Assembly: GCF_964355755.1 (NCBI RefSeq)
Contig: NC_092673.1
Coordinates: forward strand, 15,968,948 to 16,032,947
Reading direction: 5' to 3'
DNA from: Antedon mediterranea
Taxonomy: Eukaryota > Animalia > Echinodermata
DNA length: 64,000 nt
Below the pieces are notes generated by a model. That model ran no database searches. It was not told the DNA's origin and worked only from the letters and a program-made list of their open reading frames with translations. Shown here one piece after another: positions 11,801-23,800 of this stretch (position 1 is its first letter; every line of letters begins with the position of its first letter). Position numbers and translations under genes: made by a program.

Positions 11801-14800
11801 GTCATATGGCTGCATCCGATTTGAAATTTAAAAATCTGTCTCTATAGCTTTGAGGACATGTCCCTGTAGTATATTCATGCCAAATCCCAGCTCAATACTA
11901 CAACGAATAAGGGAGGAGTAGTACTTTAAAAATCGCACTTTTTACTCAATAGTGTCCAGATGGAGGAAGAGGAGAAAATGAGTAAGTACTAGACTCGGGT
12001 ACCCCGAGTAAAAACACCTTGCCTAAAGTGGATATTAAGGATACGCCTCTATAATTTGCTGGTTGATCTCTTTTACTCTTTTTAAATATAGGAATAATAA
12101 TGCTTGTTGCCCATTGCTGGGAAAAATTTCCAGAGGTAAAAATACTATTAAAAATTTTCGTAATTGCGCTAATAGCAGCATTTGGCATACAAGTAAAAAA
12201 TTCAATTGGGAATCCATCAATACCTGGAGCTTTACCCCTTTTCTGTGCTTTAATTGCATAAATTACTTCTTCCCGGCTGATTTCTTCATTGTAACAATCG
12301 TTATGTTCGCAATTGTTATCGTTATCGTCTTCTATATTGATTTCTTGTGTATTATTTGTTTGATTTTGGAACATTGTTTTGAAGTAATCATGCCATTTTT
12401 TAAGTGTAATGTTTGTCACGTTTTGTTGTCGTTTGGTTTTAAGGTTTTTCCAAAATATTGTACTGTTATGTTCCTTTATTAACCTGATTAATTTTTGTTG
12501 TGATGAATTTTTATGTTTATTTTTTTTAAATTTTATTAATTTTTTATAACTCCTTTTTTTTAACAGATATTCATTTAATAGGGTGTTAGTTTTGTATTTT
12601 CTATATTTATTAAGAATGCTACGAATAATAATTTTCTTTTTTATGCATTGACGATCAAACCATGTATTCTTGGGCAATTTTGTGCATTTTTGTTGTATTT
12701 GTGTTTGTTTTTTTGTATTTATGTACATTTATAGTACACTGGTTTTCATTAGGTGTTAAAAATCAGTACCGGAAGTATGTACAAACTTTCTCTACCATTG
12801 AGTATAAATTCTAGAAGTTGCACTTAATTTACTAAAATTTCCCATTACCTAAATTTATATGTAAATTCATTTAACTGCTTATTGGTCTCATATTGTTAAC
12901 ATCTAAACATTTGTTTGTACAATTTTATGAAATATGTATTTTATTAATGTTTACATTTTGTGATTGATATTGTACAGTACGTAGATTTTAATGATTACTT
13001 ACATTAAGTAATAGGCTAACAATCACTAGATCTGATCCATGGTAAGATATTATATTTTGTTTTCATTTATCAATAATGATAATTAGGATTTTATCACATT
13101 ATTTAGCAGTAATTGTTGTTGTTTGTATTTACAAAAAAAAACAATTTCACATAATGTCTGTTGTCAGTATTTATAAACGTTCATGATTATGATTTTTTTC
13201 CAGGATGGTAACACTCCATTACAGTCATATCTGTGGAGTGTATATACACCTACCTTAGAAATAGTTACGTGTCTCATTCAGCATGGGGCACCATTAGCAT
13301 TGCAAAATAAGGTAAATGTACAGGGATTTGCTAGTGTAATAGGCTAACATTCTATAGATCTGCTGAAGTAAACCCATTAACAAAAATCAAATTTTATTAA
13401 AACAAACCAAATAAAAAAATAACTAAATAGTTATATATGATTTATGATAACTGATTTAAAATGTAAAGTCTAATTAATTGTAAATATGAAATAAAATTTG
13501 ACAACTACTAAACAACTAAAAAATGTTTATGTTAAAAAAATTAATAGAATCTGATTTTAATAAAAAATGATTATTAATTAAAAACCTGCTCCCTCCCTTA
13601 CCTTACAAAAAATGCTTCTGTCAGTCTATCCAGCTAATTATGAACATGGCTTTAAAGAAATCCTTTTCCAACCTAGGGTCTTTTTGTGCAAACATTTGCC
13701 ACAAAATGAAGAGAAATGTACACAATGTTTTGTTAGTTTTCAAAATCTAAATTGTTTGAGTAATGCAATTTAAAAAAGAAAAGTAATATGAAATTAGTCT
13801 TTTCAAACTGAATGCTTTTAAGAAAAGTTCCGTCTCTTATCTTATGACTTTTTTGAAAAAATTAATTCTCGTTTTTTTTTTATTCAGTATATTACACAGA
13901 GGCGCCTTACAAAATGGAACCATCTTAGCTTCAAGGCGCCTCAGATTAACAAATACAACATTTTAAAACAACTAACAGAAACATCAATTAAATCTTCCAG
14001 AATTAACAAGAAATTGTTGTACATAATAAAATAATAAAGCATTTTCACAATTCGAAAGAAGATCGGAACCAAAAATAAAAATTTCACTTAAAAATGTAAA
14101 ATTAAATGTTAAAGAAAAATCCTTGGCTAAGATATCCTCAATAATTGAGTTAGCGCTTACAAGTAGAATATCTCTTTGTGTATTATAATTAGGGCAGTAA
14201 CATAAGAAATGAAGCGGATTCTCAACATTAAAGCCACAAGTACAATTTGGATTGTCCCGAAGTCCATGTAAGAATAAATGCGAATTGAGACAGCTGAAAC
14301 CAAGTCGGATTCTAGTGTGAATTTGGTTAATCTTCTTATCACCTGTATCATAATAAGAACGTTTTTTTGTTTCAAACAAATTGGATTTCAGTAGCAATTT
14401 TTTAAACTCAACAAGAAATGAGGAATTTTTTATTTCATTATTTAACTCATTCCAATGTGTTATAATAGATGGGACAAAAGATAAACGATATGATGTGGTC
14501 TTACAAAATGGAATTATTATATTTCGGATGTTACGCAAGTTATAAACTTCAATATTGTCAGAAAAATTAAATAAGAAGTAAAGATACACTGGTGTTAACT
14601 TATGAATAATTTTAAAAAACAGTATTAGGTTAAGAAATTGTCTACGTTTTTCCAATGATAACCAGCCTAATTCTTGTCTTAATGCATTATGACTTGTATG
14701 TTTCCACGCACCAGTACATATTCTACCTGCAGAAATCTGGATATTTTCTAGTTCATCACTTAATTTATCTGGGATATTACACCAAACAGGAGCTGCATAT

Positions 14801-17800
14801 TCCATTAATGGTCTAACGTGTGATATGTAAATGTGACAGAGAGCCTGTCGAGGTAGAATATGTTTGACACGACGTAGCATATTTAAAGATAAAGACGCTT
14901 TGTTAATTACAGATTGGATATGGGAATCCCACTTGAGTTTTGCATTAAGCATTAAACCAAGATGCCTATGATCATTTACAAATTGTAGATTTACATTATT
15001 GAAATTTAAACTAACATAGTTATCTAAATGTTTACGTGTAAACAGTATAGCTTTCGTTTTGTTAGCATTGAATGTTACTTTCCATTTTTTTGCCCAATTA
15101 TAAATGACATTAAGATCACCATTTAATTTTTGTTCTGAAATATTACGATCTGTACAAATATCATATAACGAAGTATCATCTGCATATACACTAATATTAG
15201 ATTTGATATTATCAACCATATCATTTATGAATACAATAAATAAAAATGGACCCAAAACAGATCCTTGGGGTACTCCTGCTGTAATGGTCACCCAATGACT
15301 GGTAGTTCCTTCAATAATAACACGTTGCTCACGTGAGTTTAAGTAACTTTGGAACCATTTTAGAAGAGTGCCATTAATTCCATATTGATTTAATTTGTAT
15401 ATAATCCCATTATGCCAAACTTTATCGAAGGCTTTGGAAATATCCAAAAATACCGAGATTACTTCTTTCCTTAAATCTAAAGCTCTATTAAATGTATCTT
15501 TAAGATAAAGAAGTTGATACGTTGTCGAGTCACCTGGTGTAAAACCAGATTGGAATTGAGTAAGAAGTTTATTATCCACAAAGTATTTATATACTATATC
15601 AAAAACTGCACGCTCAAAAATTTTTGCAAAGTTGGAAAGTATGGATATAGGGCGGTAGTTCTCAATAAGGGATTTATTGCCTTTTTTATGCAGAGGAATG
15701 ACATTTGATTTTTTCCATTCCACAGGAAAATATCCTTGGCTTATGCAGAAGTTATAAAGCTTTGTCAAATGGGGTGCAATAATTTCAGCAGATTCTATTA
15801 GTATGATACTGTGAATTTCATCAGGTCCCATCGCCTTGTTTTTATCCAGCATAGTTAATAATTTCATGATCTCATCAACAGATAATTTGAGAGTTGAGAG
15901 TCTCGATGCAGTTCTATATGTGAAGTCCGAAGGAAAATCATCATGATTAGGAATAAACGATTGAGATTTAAAATAATTGTTAAACGCTTTAACTTTCTCA
16001 CTATTTAAAGTTAGGACATCATCGTTTAATTTGATTGGAGGAATCTTATAATATTGTTTGGAATTACAAACTGAATTTATGGTAGACCACCAAGTTTTTG
16101 AATCACAGTTTTTATTCATTAATAAATCAAATTGTTTATCCAAAAAAGTTTGTTTAGCTTTTCTTATTGCTTTAACAACTTTTGCGCGAATTTTCTTAAA
16201 ACGTTGCATATGCGAATTTGAGTTATTTCGAGTGGAATGGGCGCGATTTCTTTTGCGAATAAGAGTTCTAATATGAGCATTAATCCAAGGCTTGTCATTA
16301 GGACGCACAGTTATAATTTTAGATATAATATAGTTATCAACACAATTATTAAATAAGTCAATCCAATTATGACAAACATCTTCAACCTTTGAAGATGAAT
16401 AAACTTCTTCCCAATTTACAGAATTAAGAGCATTACGATATAAATTAAAATCAGTTTTTTCAAAAAGATATATTTTACGATTGTATGGCTTGTCCCGTGT
16501 GATACGAATATCAATATTTGCATATACTGGACTGTGATCACAATTTAAAAGTGGGCACAATGCACCAAAATCATTAATATATACATTTTGACTAGTAACT
16601 ATATGGTCAATACAAGACCGTTGGTCTTTTATACAACGTGTTGGCATATTGATGTGTTGAGTTAAACCGTTTTGTTGTAAAAATTCGTAAAATGATTTTC
16701 CAAATCTATTTGTGTTTCCATCATTGTACCAGTTGTTATTTTGAGCATTCATATCGCCCATCATTAAAGTTAAGCTGTGTCGAGACAAAACAAAGTTATT
16801 AGTACTGTTTTGAAAATAGTCAAGTAGATCCTGATCAGATTGAACATCACTTTGTGGTGGCCTATAACATACATAAGTCAAAATCGTCCAGTTTGAAACT
16901 TGTATTTCACACCTTATCACATCTGAGATCATTACAAATATGGGAATTAACTAAGTGTATAGAATTAGATATGTAAAAAGCACATCTGCCGCCATGGCGG
17001 TTTCTATCATTTCTAATAGGTTCTTGATAACCGTCTAGTAAAATGTCATGGTTCAAGATAGTTTGATCTAGCCATGTTTCTGTTAAAGCAATAATATCAT
17101 AGTTATTTAAATTTGCTAGGTGTTGAATTTCAGCTAGTTTACCTGGAACGATTAGACTACGTATGTTAATATGGCAAACTGTAAACTGTTCCGGACCAGG
17201 ATTTGGATGTATATCGCCGCACATTAAAAGCATGCACATTAGAACATTATTACGCCCCAAATTTATGATAAATAAATTATCCATTATCAGTAAAAAAAAT
17301 AAGTAAAGTACTCACTTTAAAAACGCTAGCACATATGAGAACACTTAGCCAAACGAACATAGTAAACATTGAAATAAAAACAAGAGAACACGTTTTTGCT
17401 ATCTAAAATCAACAAATAATGGTCAAATTCCGTCGGTAAGAAACGTACTGTTAATGACACCGCACAGTCTAAACGTTCTTAATGTTCAGCAATCAGTCGT
17501 TCAAAATCATTTTCATTCTTGATATGCTTGGGTTTTTCTTCACCTTTACACAGGGCCCATATCTTGCATCTGTTAGTCCAGGCACGTTGAACTCCATCAT
17601 GGTGTCTTACCTTCCAAAAGAGATTGAAATTTGCTTTTGTTAGGTCTTCCGAGATATAAACCGGCATACCCTTCAGTTTGGATTTGGCTGCAAACACATT
17701 GTTACGGGTCCTGATTGAATTGAACCGAACAATTATTGGCCTAGGCTTGTCAGTAATAGGACCGATTCGATGAGATACTTCAATATCGTCGGACTTGAAA

Positions 17801-20800
17801 GTGATACCCATTTTGTCGCGAATAATTCTCGTTAAAATATAATATACTAGTAAGTGCTCACAGATGCTTCTCGAATACATGAACTTTGGTAAATAACTGA
17901 AAATTGCACTGTACACAAAGCAATACAGATATGATGGAATTTATGTATTCAAATATAATTGTCATCCTGAGAATTACCTTAATTTTGTTTATTGCATGGT
18001 ATTGTTCACCAAATTCCTGTCTTGGTACATTTGATGATGGGATGGTACTGTATCAGGCTTCATGATATGATATGATCTTCATCGAGGCAAATGATAAATT
18101 TGTTTTGATCGTCAATATTCATTCATTCATTCATTCATTCAGGCTTATCGCCTGACTATTTACTTTAGGCCTCTGGCCCCTAGTAATTAATAAAATAATA
18201 ATTACATTGAAAAATAAAGCAATTTATGGTCACAAGATAAATGAATTAATTAATTTCGTTCTCTAAGCAAAACATATATCTTAACTTATAAGCATGATAA
18301 ATATATTTAGATAGATTATCAATAATTATTGGATCCTGTGATGATATTAAACGGCAGAATTTAAAAGTATTTGGATTTTCAAAAAATAAAGAAGGTATAA
18401 ATATTTTTCTGATTTCCTTGTAACGAGAGCAAACTGTAACAAAATGATATTCATCTTCAACTTCGTTTTTATCACATATTTTACATAACCTATTTCTGCG
18501 TTCTATTCTTTTCCAGTACAGTAAGTAGATAACCATAATAAATGCACCCGCTCCCAAAGTAATAATGACTTATCTATTCCATTATGGAATAACTCTCAGG
18601 GTAAAAGAACTTTTGTTTATAGATCAACTAAATTATGGAATTCTCTACCAAATAACACAAAATCAGAACTGCATAATATGTCTTTGGCAACTTTTAAATC
18701 TTCACTATAGAAAACATATATGTATTAACCTTTTTGCCTTCACAATTGTAAATAGTTTTATATCTGTTTTCTTTCCTTTTGTTTTTCTTTTTATTTTATT
18801 TTTGTTGTAAATATGTTTACTGAACCACTTTGGAAATCAGTACATTTGTATTGAAAGTGTATTTCAGTTTAAAGAAAGAAGAAATAAATAAATAGATTTT
18901 AATGATTACTTACATTAAAGTAATAGGCTAACAATCACTAGATCTGATCCATGGTAAGATATTATATTTTGTTTTCATTTATCAATAATGATAATTAGGA
19001 TTTTATCACATTATTTAGCAGTAATTGTTGTTGTTTATATTAACAAAAAAAAACAATTTCACATAATGTCTGTTGTCAGTATTTATAAACATTCATGATT
19101 ATGATTCCTTTCCAGTATGGTGACACTCCATTACGTTCATATTTGAAGAGAACTGCACCTACCTTAGAAATAGTGACGTGTCTCATTCAGCATATGGCAC
19201 CAGTAGGATTGCAAAATAAGGTAATGTACAGGGATTTGCTAGTGTAATAGGCTAACATTCTATACATCTGATGTGGTAAACCATTCTATTTTGTTCTGGT
19301 TTACCACATTATTTAGCAGTAATTTTTACTGTATTGTCTCATATTATGGTATATCTGCAGCATTGCAAAATAGGGTAATGTAGGCTTACAAAGAATTGTC
19401 AGGACAATTTCACATTTTATTGTTATCATGAGTATTTATAAACTTCAACTTCAGTATCAATTAGCCTCCATATTAATCAATAGTATTACTACCTCAAAGA
19501 GTAGTATTATTTAATCACACTTACAGATATAGAATTCTAAAGTGTTTGATTTTGTTCACATTTTTCTCTTTTTACGCATAGCACATTCTAACAAGTTTGT
19601 TTTGATTTAGATATTCATTTATAAGTCAACTATAATTGTAATGTGTTGTTGTTGTTTTAATATTTCATTTGTATCTGGATAGTATCCAAATATTATTTTC
19701 TTTGAAAGTTTATAGTAAAACTATTTGTTGTTTTATATTATGGCTCAAACATTTTAACACATCTACCTACTGTTCCAAAGTAAACTTTTATTCAATTTAT
19801 CTCTCTCTCTCTCTCCTCCATCTTTCAATGTTGAAGGCGGTAGACTATAAACGGCAGCGCTCAAGTTTTGGTTTGGATACAGGAGTTATAGGTGGCGCAC
19901 TGTACAAATTGATGTCATTTATTGGCAAATAGTAATTTCTATTCACGTCCTAATTTACAACCAATGTTAAAAAATAGTAAATGTACGTGTTATCACATGA
20001 TGCTCTTTCATCCAATCTCTAGATGGTAAATGTTTGAGCCATGACATAATACTCTATGTATGTGATGCGTAATTAAAGTGTATTATATTGTATATCAATA
20101 ATTTCTCAAAACTACTAATAACTAAACCCATTTTTTTAATAGGATGGAAATACACTTGTCTCTCTTTTAGAAAGTAACAGGCGGATAGAGAGGGAAAGAA
20201 AAACTGAAATTTTAAACTTCTTAGAAGGTAAGTGAAGTTTTAATTATTGAAATTTTAGGATCAACTAGTTTCATTGCAAACGATAAAGATTTGATTTCTC
20301 ATCAAGTGAAGAAGAATGTCCAGATAAAGAAAATTAACATTTATGATATATCATTCACAGGTTTATTATAGATTAAATAATTCAGTGGGATAGTAGTATA
20401 CATGGAAGTTGTGATATGTTGCAAGATGTAAATTATTTTGCTATTAATACGATAAAAATAACACAAAAACGCACACTTTAAAATTCCTTTGAAATAAAAA
20501 TATTAAATAAATCATTTTTCAAATCAAATCAATCTCTTTATTCAATACATCAAAACAGTACACATAACAAAAATAAAGAGATTTTAATGATGATGATGAT
20601 GATTTTAAGATGAAAGGGACCTTCAATAAACCTCAAGGGGCTTTTGATAGGAGGCTTTACTTTAAACTAGTTACAATAATCGGATGGGGGATATGCATTG
20701 TTAAGGAATATTTAAACTTTATTAATTGCACATAAATGTAAAATGTAGATTTTTTTTTTAAATGTAATCTATTTTATATATAATACTATGTACAATTGGT

Positions 20801-23800
20801 ATTCGCATTCAAGGCAAACAATTTACGATAGGAGGAGATAAATATTGAATATAAAAATCTAATTTTCTTGTTAAATCCCAGTTTTTGTTTCCACAATGGA
20901 TGAATTTCCTTCACACATTTTAAATAATAATTCGTCTTCTTCGAGGAGCTGAATCACCGGATTTTCAGCGCGCCGTGCGTACCAGGTTACTACCGTAAAT
21001 GATGGCGCTTAATTTAAAGTTCTTAGTAGATATAGCTCTATATCTACTAGCCTTAAAAGTTATCCCCTTAATAGATATAGCTCTATTACCTATTAAGCAC
21101 CTACTAATAAGTAGATTTTAGGTAGAATTTAGATAGTTCCTAATAGGTTTTACCTCATTAGCATAATTCAAAACCCCCACTAATAGTGTTAGATAGATTT
21201 TTCACTATTTTCAATCTGTGAGTAACACAGTTGTATGCATCTATCTATTGTCTACTTATAATAGCTATACAATGGGCTACCGGCAACCTATTAATAGACA
21301 TAAACAAACTGATAATAGCCAGTAACTGTTAATAAGCTATCTATTTTATACAATAGATAGATATGGACTACCAGATAGCTATTAGAAATCTATGAGTATC
21401 ATATCTATCTATCTACTGTCTACTTATAATAGCTATACAATGGGCTACCAGTAACCTATTAATAGACATAAACAAACTGATAATAGCCAGTAACTGTTAA
21501 TAAGCTATCTATTTTATACAATAGATAGATATGGACTACCAGATAGCTATTAGAAATCTATGAGTATCATATCTATCTATCTACTGTCTACTTATCATAG
21601 ATACTAGGGCTACCAATAACCTATCAATAGACTGTTAACAAATAATTAATAGCCAGTAACTGTTAATAAGCTATCTATTTTATACAATAGATAGATATGA
21701 ACTACCAGATAGCTATTAGAAATCTATGAGTATCATATCTATCAACTGTCTACTTATAATAGCTATACTAGGGCTACCAATAACCTATCAATAGACTATA
21801 AAGAAACTGATAATAGCCAGTTAAATATTAATCAACTATCTATTTTATAGCTGGGAAGTAGTCGTTCCATCATTGACTCATTGAGTTAAAATCCTTAGTA
21901 GGCGAGATAATAAGGTCTGCTAAAAAACTACTAAAAATAGAGCTATTTCTACTTAAGTCTACTTAAATCTACTAATTTTTTTACTATGGGTAAAACCAAT
22001 AGACAAATTCAAACTCCTCCTTCCCACATTCGCATTCGAGGAAAACAATTTACGATAGGAGGAGATAAATATTGAATATAAAAATAAAACATTTTCTTGT
22101 TAATCCCATTTTTTGTTTCCACAATGAATGAATTTTCTTCACACATTTTTAAGCCAGCTTAAGAATACTATTTTTCTGTATGTAAAATTAAGCATCCCAC
22201 AAAGCATAACCAAGCTCTACCAAGTGTATAAAGAACAGTGCCCTTATTGTAGGCCTTTAAAAATGCAATTCCAGGTCTATATTGGCAAAATTCAGCCCAA
22301 ACCATGGTGGGCTCAAGTTCAAGTTATCTTTATTGTGTTTTCACACAGGTATAAAAACAAATTGGTTACTGGTCATAAAACTGAATATAAATAAAAACAT
22401 TAAAAAAGTTCAAGGCATATTCGTTTATTTATTTTTTCCACTCACTTATATATATATATATATATATCATTTACATTTACATAACATAACATATATTAAA
22501 TGTGGGTGGATGGAAGTCACAGTAAGTTCACTGAACTTTAAGTCGTGACTCCCGTATGCCTAAGTATACTAACATTGCTACAGAGTAGACTAAAATATAA
22601 ATATATAATAGTGAAAGTACATAAAATAAAGAAATAAAAAAAAATTTAAATTATAAAAGTTAAGATAAACCAGGCAATTATATAATATATGATAAAAGGG
22701 ATAATGATAACAATTAGAGTACAATATGAAATATAATTAAATATGGTATAATAACAAGTATAACGATACAATGTAGCGGAGATTATTGAATACCAGGGTG
22801 AAGGATTTAATGCCATGTATCACCACCAAATAAATAAGGATAAAAGATCGGCGAAAATTTATGTAGCATATTCTGACACCATTTTGTGTTTGAAATTAGA
22901 TTTAAAACTAGAAAAGGAAGATTTCTGTTTAAGTTCATTTGAGAGTGAAGTCCAAAGTTTGGGACCAAAATAATACATAGAAAATCGTCGAGCCTTAACA
23001 TTTAAATTATCAAGGATATAATTGTTAACAGAGGATCGGGTTTTATAGGAATGGCGTTCGTCAATTCTTGTAAATAAAGCATTAAAATGTGAAGGCAGTA
23101 AATTGTTAGATAAACGGTACATAAATGAGGCAACTTGTAATTTATTTAAATCATAAATGTTTAAAACGTTAAATCTTTTAAAAAGTAATTTTGTATGGGC
23201 TCTAAATGATTCTCCCGCGCAAATCCGAAGTGCACGTTTTTGTAGTTTAAAAAGGCGGTCAATTTGAGTTTTCTCTAGACTTGTCCAGGGGCATAACGTA
23301 TTAAATTTATCTAGAGTAATTGCCCAACATAAATTGGCATAAGAAAGGTAAGGCAAAACTAAAGTATTATAAAGGGTTAATAAGGTTTTTTGAGGGAAGA
23401 TATGTTTTAATTTGTTCAATATTCCAACATTTCTAGAAACTAGATTACTGATTTTATTTATATGTAGTTTCCAAGTCAGAGAGGCATCTATGGTTACTCC
23501 TAAAAATTGGGTTTCATTAACTCGTTTGATCATTTTATTATCAATGTATATTTGTTCATTTAAAGAATTTGAAATTTTACGTTTAGAAAATATTATATAG
23601 TTCGTTTTGAATGTATTAAGAGTTAATTTATTGTGTTTGAGCCAATTTGAAACTTTAAGTAACTCATCATTGACAATTTTAAACAAGGTATTTAATTTAG
23701 GATGAGAGAAAAAAATATTTGTGTCGTCAGCAAATAAGATAAAATTTAGTAATTTAGAGCTGTTTGGTATATCGTTAACAAAAATCAGGAATAAGAGTGG

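Larger units (their letters stand above)
10829..12010. mobile_element. Helentron/HINE-like composite: two ~340-bp units flanking two tRNA-like blocks
   Basis: Units 10829-11173 and ~11669-12010 with sub-terminal IR tactcggggtac and terminal hairpin actcgggtaccccgagt. Removing the block restores the LINE frame GKVFL/YIISNRL; no TSD. Confidence 0.65.
9051..12730 (-). mobile_element. 5'-truncated, decayed L2/CR1-group LINE
   Basis: RT fragments KAPGIDG, ANYRGVSL, HLLYADDLV (~10360); C-terminal CKIC...EYHF; (GAAT)n tail at 9051-9077. Confidence 0.9.

Noticed and set aside
13984-16932. Reverse transcriptase beside hypervariable repeats, suggesting a diversity-generating retroelement
   Set aside because: It is a standard APE-type LINE RT inserted in an intron. 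There is no TR/VR pair, and exon differences include indels and non-adenine changes.
2600-19260. Docking-site/selector (Dscam-like) mutually exclusive splicing of the ankyrin exons
   Set aside because: I found no complementary docking/selector pairs by eye, and ankyrin domains need several consecutive repeats. Combinatorial skipping remains possible but untested.
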